From assembly GCA_017882285.1 (NCBI GenBank), contig JADGPS010000005.1, positions 2,680-66,679 of the forward strand: a stretch of DNA of 64,000 bases, written 5' to 3'. The notes under the pieces were generated by a model. It had not been told where the DNA came from. It did no database searches and saw only the letters and a list, made by a program, of their open reading frames with translations. Shown one piece after another: positions 46,745 through 57,360 of the stretch (the first letter of the stretch is position 1; the number at the start of each line of letters is the position of its first letter). The stretch comes from Paludibacter sp. Its GTDB lineage: Bacteria > Bacteroidota > Bacteroidia > Bacteroidales > Paludibacteraceae. Both the position numbers and the translations under genes were made by a program.

Positions 46745-48682
46745 TTATACATCCAAACGTTCGTACTGTGAGTTTTTACTTAAAAATTCTGGTACAATTT
46801 TTTTCATTAAAGAAACTGTCAGGAAATTTTTACACTTAAAACTATACTGAATTAATTCATCTATTTGAATCGAAACTGAATCATAATCATATTCTTGCAC
46901 TTTTGCAATCATAATTTTAGGATGATGTGTTTGGGTAGTTATTTCCTTTTGATTTAACAGTTCTTCATACAATTTTTCACCAGGTCGAAGTCCTGTAAAT
47001 TCAATTCCTATTTCGACTTCAGGTATAAAACCTGCTAACCGAATCATTTTTCGGGCTAAATTTACTATTTTTACCGGACTACCCATATCAAAAATAAATA
47101 TCTCACCACCTTTGCCCATTGCTCCTGCTTCTAAAACCAACATACATGCTTCAGGAATGGTCATAAAATAGCGAATAATTTCAGGGTGTGTTACAGTAAC
47201 CGGACCACCTTTTTCAATTTGACTTTTGAAACGTGGAATAACTGAACCATTGGATCCCAATACGTTACCAAATCGAGTAGTTATAAATTTTGTAGAAGTT
47301 TTTCCCTCTGCCAGAAGCTTTCGATAAAGTGATTGTACATAAATTTCAGCTATTCGTTTTGAAGCTCCCATAACATTTGTCGGATTTACTGCTTTATCAG
47401 TAGAAATCATAACAAATCGTTGAACTTTATATTTTACGGCTAAATCAGCCATTATTTTTGTACCATTTACATTTACCTGTATGCTTTCTACGGGATTATC
47501 TTCCATTAATGGAACATGTTTATACGCTGCAGCATGATAAATAAAATCCGGTCTAAACATTTCTATTAGATATTCCATCCGTTCCTTATTTCTAATATCT
47601 CCTAAGAATACGCTGAAGTTTTGATCAGGATACTGTTCTTCCAATTCCAGTTTTAAAATATGCATTGGAGATTCAGCCTGGTCAAGAAGAATTATTAGAT
47701 TAGGCTGATACTGAATTATCTGACGTACTATTTCACTTCCAATTGAACCAGCCGCACCTGTAATTAAGATTACTTTAGATTTTAATTGGTGTGCAATATT
47801 CTCATTGGAAATATCTATTTTAGGTCGTTCAAGCAAATCTTCAATCTGAATGGATTTGATTTGTTTCATTGTTGGCATATCATTCTGCCAAATGCTCATT
47901 GGAGGGGATGTAAGGACAGAAAGATTGTTATTTAAAAAAATATCCAAATCAGTATTGGGATTTATTTGGTTCATTTTATTTGGAGAAACAATAATAGCTT
48001 TAGCTTTATTTATGATTATCTTTTTTATAGTATTTTCATTTAAATGATAAACTTTAATACCCATAATTAAACGTTCTGAAGCATTTTTATCGTCATCTAT
48101 AAAACCAACGAGTTTGTATTTATTATCTTGTAATGTAAGTAACATTCTGGCTATCCCAATAGCGGCTGATTGAGTTCCATAAATCATTACAGGAATTATT
48201 TGACCTGAATTTTGCGTAAAAAAATCATATATTGTTTTTACAACTAATCTTAAAATGAATAGTAACAGAAAGGAAAGAATAGCATAAAATAACAAGGTAG
48301 AATAATAAAATATAAATTTGTTTAGGGTAAAGTAAATAATAAAGTTGGCTATTGAAATTAGAACCACATTAATAGACACGGCAAATAATAATTTTACAGC
48401 ATCTACATACCCTGAATACCTAAGAACACCGGAATAAGTACGGAAAAGCCAAAAGAAAAGAATTTGCAAGAAGATAATAATGCCCATTCTTTGAAAGGTT
48501 GAAAAAATCCTAAAGTCTAAGGCGTTAGTATATAATCTCGAAGAAATATAACATGAAATATTATAGGATATTAAACAAATCAATATATCTACGAATAGTA
48601 CTATCCAACGAGGTATATATTTCAAATTATTAAGATGAGAAAAAATATCCGACCCCCCCAAGAAATTAAACTTTTCTTTCAT
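46745..48682 (-). CDS. CapD/PglF-type nucleoside-diphosphate sugar dehydratase
   Basis: Four N-terminal TM segments; ITGAAGSIG, HAAAYKHVP, STDKAVNP, MGASKR, RFGNVLGS, LRPGEKLYEEL. Confidence 0.92.
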   Translation of the reverse strand: MKEKFNFLGGSDIFSHLNNLKYIPRWIVLFVDILICLISYNISCYISSRLYTNALDFRIFSTFQRMGIIIFLQILFFWLFRTYSGVLRYSGYVDAVKLLFAVSINVVLISIANFIIYFTLNKFIFYYSTLLFYAILSFLLLFILRLVVKTIYDFFTQNSGQIIPVMIYGTQSAAIGIARMLLTLQDNKYKLVGFIDDDKNASERLIMGIKVYHLNENTIKKIIINKAKAIIVSPNKMNQINPNTDLDIFLNNNLSVLTSPPMSIWQNDMPTMKQIKSIQIEDLLERPKIDISNENIAHQLKSKVILITGAAGSIGSEIVRQIIQYQPNLIILLDQAESPMHILKLELEEQYPDQNFSVFLGDIRNKERMEYLIEMFRPDFIYHAAAYKHVPLMEDNPVESIQVNVNGTKIMADLAVKYKVQRFVMISTDKAVNPTNVMGASKRIAEIYVQSLYRKLLAEGKTSTKFITTRFGNVLGSNGSVIPRFKSQIEKGGPVTVTHPEIIRYFMTIPEACMLVLEAGAMGKGGEIFIFDMGSPVKIVNLARKMIRLAGFIPEVEIGIEFTGLRPGEKLYEELLNQKEITTQTHHPKIMIAKVQEYDYDSVSIQIDELIQYSFKCKNFLTVSLMKKIVPEFLSKNSQYERLDV

Positions 48683-48911
48683 GTCAATATATAATTAATT
48701 GCGTTCTTTAAAAAATTAGTCTGCAAAGATAAGTTTAAAATGCGAAAATTATATCTAGTACAACGCTTTTAAAGACTCAAAAAAATCTTATCTATTGTAA
48801 ATTGCTCATTTACTGTGATAAAATTGACTATGAATTACAAAAATTAGTTGAAATTGCTGATTGAAAAATTTATTGGTTATCTTTGCAAAATCAATTTAAA
48901 TAGAGAATAAA

Positions 48912-49730
48912 ATGTCAATACATAGCGAAGATTCCCGAAGAGTCACAACACATCGTTTATTGGAAATGAAGCAACGTGGTGAGAAAATAAGTATGTTAAC
49001 AGCTTATGATTTTACAATAGGAAATATTGTTGATCTGGCCGGAGTTGATATTATTTTAGTTGGTGATTCAGCATCAAATGTAATGTGTGGAAACATTACA
49101 ACTCTTCCAATAACCTTAGATCAAATGATTTTTTTTGGAAAATCAGTTGTTCGCGGGGTAAAACGTGCATTAGTTGTTGTTGATATGCCTTTTGGAAGTT
49201 ATCAGGGCAATTCCAAAGAAGCATTGGCATCCGCCATTCGCATTATGAAAGAAACTCATTGTGATTGTTTAAAATTGGAAGGTGGAGAAGAAATTCTTGA
49301 ATCGGTAAAACGTATTTTAAGCGCCGGAATACCCATAATGGGGCATTTAGGATTGCAGCCTCAATCTATTAATAAATACGGTTCTTATACTGTCAGGGCA
49401 AAAGAAGATTCTGAAGCCGAAAAGCTAATGCGAGATGCACATTTATTGGAGGAAGCTGGCTGCTTTGCTATTGTTTTGGAAAAAATCCCAGCAAAATTAG
49501 CACAACAAGTTGCATCTGAACTTACAATACCTGTTATTGGAATTGGTGCAGGAGGAGATGTTGACGGGCAGGTATTAGTTCTTCATGATATGCTCGGTCT
49601 TACTCAGGATTTTTCTCCACGCTTTCTTCGCCGATATACGAATCTACAAAGCATTATGAACGAAGCAATTGAACACTATGTTAAAGATGTGAAATCCGGA
49701 GATTTTCCTAGCGAAAAGGAACAATATTAA
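48912..49730 (+). CDS. panB: 3-methyl-2-oxobutanoate hydroxymethyltransferase
   Basis: MLTAYD, LVGDS, DMPFGSY, KLEGG, MGHLGL, IGIGAG; -7 box at 48878-48885. Confidence 0.96.
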   Translation: MSIHSEDSRRVTTHRLLEMKQRGEKISMLTAYDFTIGNIVDLAGVDIILVGDSASNVMCGNITTLPITLDQMIFFGKSVVRGVKRALVVVDMPFGSYQGNSKEALASAIRIMKETHCDCLKLEGGEEILESVKRILSAGIPIMGHLGLQPQSINKYGSYTVRAKEDSEAEKLMRDAHLLEEAGCFAIVLEKIPAKLAQQVASELTIPVIGIGAGGDVDGQVLVLHDMLGLTQDFSPRFLRRYTNLQSIMNEAIEHYVKDVKSGDFPSEKEQY

Positions 49731-49745
49731 TTGAACATAAACCAC

Positions 49746-49788
49746 AAAGAAATTCCCGATGAATTCGAAATTCAACGGGAATTTCTTT
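49746..49788. terminator. Bidirectional terminator between panB and prmA
   Basis: AAAGAAATTCCCG / CGGGAATTTCTTT inverted repeat. Confidence 0.8.
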
Positions 49789-49804
49789 ATTTGATGAAAT
49801 CAGA

Positions 49805-50644
49805 TTAATTTTTTACTGTTTTAACAACAACCCAATTATTTTTTTCATGATAATCAATCAGTTTTAATTCGTTCCGATAGGCTTCAGTTTCAATTAACGG
49901 AATATCTTTTTTATAAAATCCGCTCATATACAATTCACCACCAGTCGACAAGCAAGCTGCATATTGTTCCATATCAGCCAACAAAATATTTCGGTTAATA
50001 TTGGCCAGAATAATATCAAAATGCAACCCGATAAGCAATTCAGCACCACCAAGTTTCACTTCTATTCCTTCAACTTTATTTATAGCTATATTTTCGATTG
50101 AATTTTCTGTACAGCAGGTATCAATATCTATTGCCACAATATTTTTTGCTCCACGCATAGCGGCTAAAATTGCCAGTAAAGCAGTGCCACAACCCATATC
50201 GAGTACGGTTTTTCCTTGCAATTCCATTTCCAGCAATTGCCCAATCATCAAACTTGTTGTTTCGTGATGACCCGTTCCAAAAGCCATTTTGGGATCAATA
50301 ACAATATTATACTTTGCAATAGGAACATTTTTATGAAACGAACTATGTATAACACAATCATTTCCAATAACAATCGGTTCAAAATAGTGTTTTTCCCATT
50401 CTTCATTCCAATTTTTCGATTCTATTTGTGTAACTTTGTAGTCAATAGTGGCTTCAAAAGGAAAATCGTCTAATAAATTTTTAAGTTTTACTTCATCGAA
50501 TAGATTTTTTAGTATATAAGCATCTAAACTTTCTTCCGTTTGAACAAAACTGTCGAAACCGAGTTCTCCGAGTTCTTCTGATAACACATCAGAAATGTAC
50601 TCTTCGTAGGGCTCAATAAAAAAATGGATTTCCAAATAATTCAT
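49805..50644 (-). CDS. prmA: 50S ribosomal protein L11 methyltransferase
   Basis: NWNEEWE, IDPKMAFGTGHHETT, LDMGCGT, ILANINRN. Confidence 0.95.
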   Translation of the reverse strand: MNYLEIHFFIEPYEEYISDVLSEELGELGFDSFVQTEESLDAYILKNLFDEVKLKNLLDDFPFEATIDYKVTQIESKNWNEEWEKHYFEPIVIGNDCVIHSSFHKNVPIAKYNIVIDPKMAFGTGHHETTSLMIGQLLEMELQGKTVLDMGCGTALLAILAAMRGAKNIVAIDIDTCCTENSIENIAINKVEGIEVKLGGAELLIGLHFDIILANINRNILLADMEQYAACLSTGGELYMSGFYKKDIPLIETEAYRNELKLIDYHEKNNWVVVKTVKN

Positions 50645-50880
50645 ATAATTTGTTTATATTTAATTGATTAATGATTTTAAATTAAATAGATTAAACTTTC
50701 TGTATTAAGTTTAGTCTAAAAGTTAGATTATAAATACAAAAGTACTATAAATCTGCGATAAAATTTAATCGAAGTAAAGGTAAAAAACCTCTCAATAACT
50801 ATTGTTCAATGGCACGATTCTTGTTGATAAATACATACGAATAAAACAATCAGAACGGACTAAAAATAGGAGATAATATT

Positions 50881-52425
50881 ATGAAACGCAACAATTTTCT
50901 CATCATGCTTTGTTTGCTTTTTCCACTGGTTGGAATTAGTCAAAATCAGGCAACTTTAATTGACGACATTTATTTTAAAGCGAGCGATGCAAAAAACATT
51001 GAAAAAACACAGAATGTAAAGCAAACTCCTAATCGACAATCTACCAATTATAAAAACGGTACTAAGGAAATTGTATTTATTGAAAGGGAAAGTACAAAAC
51101 CTGCAATTGTACATGATACTGTTTATGTGGTTGGTCAAGTCTCTGATACTAAACAAAATATAAAAATACAAAATTATAATTCTAAAAACGGGAATGATCA
51201 ACTAATAATTCATGATACCATTTATGTTACAGAACAACTAAACGACAGCATTGATAACTATGAAGAACAAGGGCATTATTTGAATGGATTTAAGGGTAAT
51301 GAATCAGATTTGGAATATGCCGAACGGATTCGTCGTTTTCATAATCCGAAATATTCTATTTTCATAGGCGACCCACGTTATAATGACATTTATTTTCTCG
51401 ACAATTATGATTGGAACGTGTACGTTGATGATTCTTATGCTTATGTAACTCCTACCTGGACAAACCCATACTGGTGGAATTACAATTTTAGTCCTTATAG
51501 TTATGGTAATTGGGGCTGGGGATTTGGAAATAGTTGGTATTCACCTTATTCCAATTATTCTGGATGGAATAATCCGTGGGGATACAATGGTTTTTATGGT
51601 GGATTTGGTGGATATTACGGTGATTACTATGGATATGGCGGGTACAATGGCTATGGTTATGGTTATCCATATTATGGGTATGGCGATTATTATGGTTACG
51701 GGTACGGAAATTGGATGGGATACAGCAACAAAAATAAAAATTATGATGAAGCAAATAGACGTGAAGTTACAAATTATAACGGTAATAATCGTTTAGGTGG
51801 CACCAGAACTGAATCTGCCAGTACGATAGGCGGCGGTTCTCGTTCCACTACTTACTCCAATCAATATACTGTAATAAGCGGTTCACGAAACAGTTCGCAA
51901 ACCGGTAATAGTACTTCAAGCACTCGTTCAACAATGGGTTCAAATTCAAGAATAGTGACAAATCAATCAAATGGAATCGGAATAGTAAGAAATACCGGTT
52001 CAAGAACAATAAATAATAATCAAAATATTACGAGTGGAAACTCTTTCAACCGAACTAATAATTTAAATATAAATACCAGACCAAGAACTTATACAACCAC
52101 AACGAATAATGTGCCAATAGGAAATTATTCAACCAGAGAAAGCAACACAACAAATTCTTCTTTCAGAGGTAATTATTCAACTGGAAATCGTTCAAGTTCG
52201 TCAAGTACAATTACTACAACTCCATCTAGAGGAAGTTATTCAACCGGTAGTTCTTCTGGAGTTTCTCGCAATAGCAGCCCTTCCTATTCAACTGGAAGTT
52301 CTTCAAACAGTAGTGGCAATTCAGGAAGTTCTAATTCTGGAGGAAACAGCAGTTCAAGCAATAGCAGTGGAAATAGCAATGGAGGAAGTCGTAATTCAGT
52401 CAGCTCCGGTGGCGGGAGACGATAA
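50881..52425 (+). CDS. Exported hypothetical protein with Tyr/Gly-rich and Ser/Asn/Gly-rich low-complexity regions
   Basis: Signal peptide; DDIYF, YAERIRRFH; YGGFGGYYGDYYGYGG... tract; S/N/G tail. Confidence 0.8.
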   Translation: MKRNNFLIMLCLLFPLVGISQNQATLIDDIYFKASDAKNIEKTQNVKQTPNRQSTNYKNGTKEIVFIERESTKPAIVHDTVYVVGQVSDTKQNIKIQNYNSKNGNDQLIIHDTIYVTEQLNDSIDNYEEQGHYLNGFKGNESDLEYAERIRRFHNPKYSIFIGDPRYNDIYFLDNYDWNVYVDDSYAYVTPTWTNPYWWNYNFSPYSYGNWGWGFGNSWYSPYSNYSGWNNPWGYNGFYGGFGGYYGDYYGYGGYNGYGYGYPYYGYGDYYGYGYGNWMGYSNKNKNYDEANRREVTNYNGNNRLGGTRTESASTIGGGSRSTTYSNQYTVISGSRNSSQTGNSTSSTRSTMGSNSRIVTNQSNGIGIVRNTGSRTINNNQNITSGNSFNRTNNLNINTRPRTYTTTTNNVPIGNYSTRESNTTNSSFRGNYSTGNRSSSSSTITTTPSRGSYSTGSSSGVSRNSSPSYSTGSSSNSSGNSGSSNSGGNSSSSNSSGNSNGGSRNSVSSGGGRR

Positions 52426-52481
52426 TGTAATTAAATATTTAAGATAAAATTAGAATTGACTTCTTTTAAATAAACAAAAAT

Positions 52482-54062
52482 ATGAAAAAGAACATATTGG
52501 CAATAGCAATTATATTAAATTGCTCATTCATAATGGCCCAAACTGAATTTGATGCTCTGAAAGTTATTCAAAGCGATATTAATGGAACTGCACGATATAT
52601 GAGTATGGCAGGTGCATTTGGAGCATTGGGTGGTGATGCGTCTGCAATTAAAGATAATCCGGCCGGATTGGGAATTTACCGGAGTTCAGAAATGACCGGT
52701 ACTCTAAATTTAATGGTGCAAAACAGCAATTCAATTTGGAATGCGACGAACGGTTATGATAATTTGAATAAAATTGGATTCAATAACTTCTCCTATGTAA
52801 AAGCAACTCCTACTTATAGAAGTGAAGAAAGCAATACAGGTTTATTAAGTTCTAACTGGTCATTTTCATTTAATCGCCTAAAAAGTTTTGATCGTAACTC
52901 AACAATTAAAAGTCAATATGCTAATTCGTCTATCACAGATTATATGTCATATATTACCAATAATGCCGGGAATATTAACAGTGCTGATTTAAGCTCTGAT
53001 AATAGCCCTTATGACAATATAAATGTACCATGGATTTCTGTAGTAGGGTATCAGGGTTATTTAATTAATGAAAACGTAAACCCTGTTACCAATCAAAGTA
53101 CATGGCCATCGTTGTTAGGAACAAATGAACAAGTAAAACCTTCATTCAGTATTCAGGAAAGTGGATTTCTTGATGAATATTCTATTGGTTGGGCAGGGAA
53201 TTTCAGTAATTTTATTTATTTAGGTGCTACAGTAAATCTTCAATCGTTGGATTACAATGAAAATAGTCAATATTCCGAAATTTTCAGTGGAAATGGTGGT
53301 ATGACTTTAAGTAATACAATTACCACTTCAGGTGTTGGATTTAATATGAATGTTGGTGCAATTATCAGACCAATTGACATGTTACGTTTTGGAGTCTCTG
53401 TTCATTCTCCAACAGTTTTTGCAGTTACAGATAATAATTACGCAAATCTTGATTATTATTTAACGAGATTTTTTACAACAAACGGAAATTTCGATACACC
53501 TTCTGCAACAAATTCTTACATGCTTTCTACTCCGTGGAAATTCAATGGAAGTGCAGCAGTAATTATTGGCCAAAAAGGTTTGATAAGTGCCGAATATGAT
53601 TATAGTTTGAACACAGGCACTTCATTTATGGATCAAAATGGTAATTATCAAAACTATGCAGAAGAAAATGCAGGTATGAAATCAATGTTGAAAGATGTTC
53701 AAACCATTAAAATTGGTGCGGAGTATAAATTGACAAATAATATTTCGTTGCGTGCCGGCTATGCAACTATGAGTGCAGGTTCAAACCCGTTAGCAGATAA
53801 ACTTATAAGATTCAATACAACAAGAACAGATACCGAATATTTTTTAAATAATAAAACTGACTATATTACAGGCGGAATCGGTTATCGTGAAGGTAATTGG
53901 TATATCGATTTAGCTTACATGAATAAAAATATTGACGAAACGTTTTATCCATACAATACAAATGAATTGGTCAGATTAAATCCAAATTTATCAGCTGTTA
54001 ACCCAGCAAGTGTCAAAACTATGAACAATAATATTGTTATAACGGTAGGATTTAAGTTTTAA
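52482..54062 (+). CDS. OmpP1/FadL family outer-membrane transporter
   Basis: GTARYMSMAGAFGALGGDAS..NPAGLG hatch motif; ends VGFKF. Confidence 0.85.
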   Translation: MKKNILAIAIILNCSFIMAQTEFDALKVIQSDINGTARYMSMAGAFGALGGDASAIKDNPAGLGIYRSSEMTGTLNLMVQNSNSIWNATNGYDNLNKIGFNNFSYVKATPTYRSEESNTGLLSSNWSFSFNRLKSFDRNSTIKSQYANSSITDYMSYITNNAGNINSADLSSDNSPYDNINVPWISVVGYQGYLINENVNPVTNQSTWPSLLGTNEQVKPSFSIQESGFLDEYSIGWAGNFSNFIYLGATVNLQSLDYNENSQYSEIFSGNGGMTLSNTITTSGVGFNMNVGAIIRPIDMLRFGVSVHSPTVFAVTDNNYANLDYYLTRFFTTNGNFDTPSATNSYMLSTPWKFNGSAAVIIGQKGLISAEYDYSLNTGTSFMDQNGNYQNYAEENAGMKSMLKDVQTIKIGAEYKLTNNISLRAGYATMSAGSNPLADKLIRFNTTRTDTEYFLNNKTDYITGGIGYREGNWYIDLAYMNKNIDETFYPYNTNELVRLNPNLSAVNPASVKTMNNNIVITVGFKF

Positions 54063-54107
54063 TTTGGCTTTGAAAATTGGTATTTTCGTTTTATTTTTTT
54101 GCACAAT

Positions 54108-54135
54108 AGGTCGGCTTTCGGGTCGACCTTTTTTT
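54108..54135 (+). terminator. Intrinsic terminator after FadL-like gene
   Basis: AGGTCGGC-TTTCGG-GTCGACCT plus T-run. Confidence 0.75.
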
Positions 54136-54334
54136 GGTTCAAATTGCACAATATTTTCGAACTCTACAAACATATATTCAATGAAAAATTCTCTTTAAAT
54201 CTTCAAATATCTGAATTAACACATTAACTTATTGGCAAATTGGCACATTATTATCATTTGCCAAATTGCTTTAAAAGCCTTACCTTTGCACCCGCAAAAA
54301 ACAACCAAACAAATAAGCAAATCACCAAATAAAC

Positions 54335-55912
54335 ATGTCTTTACAATCCGAAATACAACGCCGACGAACCTTTGCCATTATCAGTCACCCCGATGCGGGT
54401 AAAACAACGCTTACCGAGAAATTGCTTCTTTTTGGTGGTGCCATTCACGTGGCCGGAGCTGTAAAATCAAATAAAATCAAGAAAACTGCTACTTCTGATT
54501 GGATGGAAATCGAAAAACAACGTGGTATTTCCGTGGCAACTTCAGTAATGGGTTTTGAGTATCGGAACTATAAGATCAATATCCTCGACACCCCCGGTCA
54601 TCAGGACTTTGCAGAAGACACATATCGCACCTTGACAGCAGTTGACAGCGTAATTATTGTTATAGATACTGCAAAAGGGGTGGAAGCACAAACCAGAAAA
54701 TTGATGGAAGTTTGTCGAATGCGCAATACGCCTGTAATGATTTTTGTTAACAAAATGGATCGAGAAGGGAAAGATGCATTCGATTTGTTGGATGAATTAG
54801 AAGCTGAACTTGGTATTGCTGTTCGTCCACTTAGTTGGCCTATCAATCAGGGATTTTCTTTCAAAGGTGTGTATAATATTTACAAAGAAAATCTGCAACT
54901 TTTTACTCCCAATAAACAATCAATCAGCGAATCGATAGAACTCTCGGACATCAGCAGCAACGAACTCGACAAACTGGTAGGTGAACATGATGCCAATAAA
55001 CTTCGAGAAGATATGGAATTAATCAACGGCGTTTATTCCAAGTTAGACACCAAAAAATATTTGGCAGGTCATTTGGCACCAGTTTTCTTTGGTAGTGCAT
55101 TAAATAATTTTGGTGTAAAGGAATTGCTGGATTGTTTTGTTGAAATTGCCCCTTCTCCCCGACCGATTCGTACCCAGGAACGCGAAATTAATCCTTACGA
55201 AGAAGCTTTCTCAGGTTTTGTATTTAAAATCCATGCCAATATGGATCCAAATCACCGCAGCTGTATTGCTTTCGTAAAAATTTGCTCCGGTAAGTTTGAG
55301 CGCAACGTGAATTACAAACATATCCGTCACGGAAAAATGATGCGTTTCTCCTCACCAACTGCTTTTATGGCTCAGAAGAAAGAAACGGTAGATGAAGCTT
55401 TTGCAGGTGATATCGTGGGCTTGCCCGATACCGGTAACTTCAAAATTGGTGATACGCTGACCAGTGGTGAAGATCTTCATTTCAAAGGAATTCCAAGCTT
55501 CTCACCTGAAATGTTCAAATATATCGAAAATGACAACCCAATGAAAACTAAACAATTGGATAAAGGTGTAAATCAACTCATGGACGAAGGTGTAGCACAA
55601 TTATTTGTCAATCAATATAATAACCGTAAAATTATTGGAACGGTTGGACAACTTCAGTTTGAAGTTATTCAATACCGCCTGCTACATGAATACGGTGCAC
55701 AATGTCGCTGGGAGCCAATATCACTGTACAAAGCCTGCTGGATTGAAAGCGATGACGCAACAGAGCTTGACAACTTCAAAAAACGCAAAGCACAATATAT
55801 GGCCAAAGACAAAGGAGGACGGGACGTTTTCCTTGCCGACTCAGGTTACGTGCTCCAAATGGCGCAAAATGATTTTAAAAAGATTAAGTTCCATTTTACT
55901 TCAGAGTTCTAG
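54335..55912 (+). CDS. prfC: Peptide chain release factor 3
   Basis: [35 protein letters not shown]; -7 box TACCTTTG at 54281-54288. Confidence 0.97.
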   Translation: MSLQSEIQRRRTFAIISHPDAGKTTLTEKLLLFGGAIHVAGAVKSNKIKKTATSDWMEIEKQRGISVATSVMGFEYRNYKINILDTPGHQDFAEDTYRTLTAVDSVIIVIDTAKGVEAQTRKLMEVCRMRNTPVMIFVNKMDREGKDAFDLLDELEAELGIAVRPLSWPINQGFSFKGVYNIYKENLQLFTPNKQSISESIELSDISSNELDKLVGEHDANKLREDMELINGVYSKLDTKKYLAGHLAPVFFGSALNNFGVKELLDCFVEIAPSPRPIRTQEREINPYEEAFSGFVFKIHANMDPNHRSCIAFVKICSGKFERNVNYKHIRHGKMMRFSSPTAFMAQKKETVDEAFAGDIVGLPDTGNFKIGDTLTSGEDLHFKGIPSFSPEMFKYIENDNPMKTKQLDKGVNQLMDEGVAQLFVNQYNNRKIIGTVGQLQFEVIQYRLLHEYGAQCRWEPISLYKACWIESDDATELDNFKKRKAQYMAKDKGGRDVFLADSGYVLQMAQNDFKKIKFHFTSEF

Positions 55913-55956
55913 CACACAGATTACACAAAAAAGGATTTACATTCATAATTAATCAG

Positions 55957-55988
55957 ACAACCTGAACTCAACAGGTTGTTCTTTTTTT
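55957..55988 (+). terminator. Intrinsic terminator after prfC
   Basis: ACAACCTG / CAGGTTGT stem plus T-run. Confidence 0.75.
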
Positions 55989-56509
55989 ATAAAAGTAATC
56001 TAAATTCTTCATCCTCGCATATTTATTCCCTTTCCATTCTCTTTCAACTCATTTATTAACGAAAGAATAAATGTTCTAATAAATTTACAAACGTCCAAGA
56101 TATCTTGGGCGTTTTTTTTTGAAAAAACGAAGTTTTTGGATTTTAAATTTCATTTTTAAGAAATCAAAATTAGTATTTTCTCCAAAAACCCTCATTTTCT
56201 TCTTTTTCAATTTCATTTTTAGGTTGATTTTAAATTCTTATTGATATCATTTTAAAATTATTTTAAATAAATTACTTTCTATTTGTTAGTTTTTCTGAAT
56301 TATATCTATCACTTTGATATTATAGAAAATTTATTTATATCTTTATGGTAGTATTTATTTTAAATTATTGTCAATGTGATTATTTTTGCAATATGATTAA
56401 AACATTATGATATTGTTTTTTATATTTTAGTTTCATAATGATATTTTTATATAATCACAAACAAGGAAACACTTTACTATATAAAACAAATAATTAAAAT
56501 TTTTAAGGT

Positions 56510-57274
56510 ATGAAAAAGATTAACGTTTTAGCAATCTGTTCGATTGCATTGTTCTCAACAATTAATGTTGCAATGGCAACAGGGTCAACTCAAATTTGGA
56601 TTCCTTCAACCGACATTCAAGCATTCAAAACTGTTCACCTTGGTATTGATAATTACATCCGTACTGAAAAACAGTTAGATGGAAAAATTGGAGCAGGTAT
56701 TTATGATTTTGGTTTAACAGCAGGTATATTGCCATTCGGAAAAGTTCAAGCCGAAGTAGGAATTGATTATTTATCTATGGGTGACAATGTTTATGATGTA
56801 CATCCTATTTATTTTAATGCTAAAGTTGGCATCCCTGAAGATTCATTATTTAAAGGCGCACCTGCAATTGCCGTTGGGGCTTACAATTTTGGGACTAAAT
56901 CCAGCCTGACCAATTACAACATGGTTTATGGACTAATTGCTAAAACAATTCCGGTTGTTGGTCGTATTTCAGTTGGGTATTATACCGGCAACAAAAATTT
57001 ACTCGTTGATGAAAACGGGAAAGCATCAAACTCTGGTTTACTTCTTTCGTGGGACAGAGCAATGACAGAAATTTCTGACAAATTATGGTTGGCAGTAGAT
57101 TATCAGGGAGGTAAAAATTATTTAGATGCATTAAACTTGGGTTTCTCATGGGCTTTTTCTAAAAATGTGTCCATAATTTTTGCTTATGATATTTACAATA
57201 ACAAAAATGCAATTTACAACTCAACCAATACAAATGCAAATTCATTTACAACACAGTTAGATATAAACCTATAA
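56510..57274 (+). CDS. Hypothetical exported protein, probable outer-membrane beta-barrel
   Basis: Signal peptide ending AMA; alternating amphipathic strands; ends SFTTQLDINL; first gene of the amt cluster. Confidence 0.6.
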   Translation: MKKINVLAICSIALFSTINVAMATGSTQIWIPSTDIQAFKTVHLGIDNYIRTEKQLDGKIGAGIYDFGLTAGILPFGKVQAEVGIDYLSMGDNVYDVHPIYFNAKVGIPEDSLFKGAPAIAVGAYNFGTKSSLTNYNMVYGLIAKTIPVVGRISVGYYTGNKNLLVDENGKASNSGLLLSWDRAMTEISDKLWLAVDYQGGKNYLDALNLGFSWAFSKNVSIIFAYDIYNNKNAIYNSTNTNANSFTTQLDINL

Positions 57275-57360
57275 AAGTGATTTACTAAATCATTTGGGTT
57301 AAAATAGTTTAGTTTTCTAAGTATAAAAAAAAGAATACATAATAATTTAACAAAAAAAAT

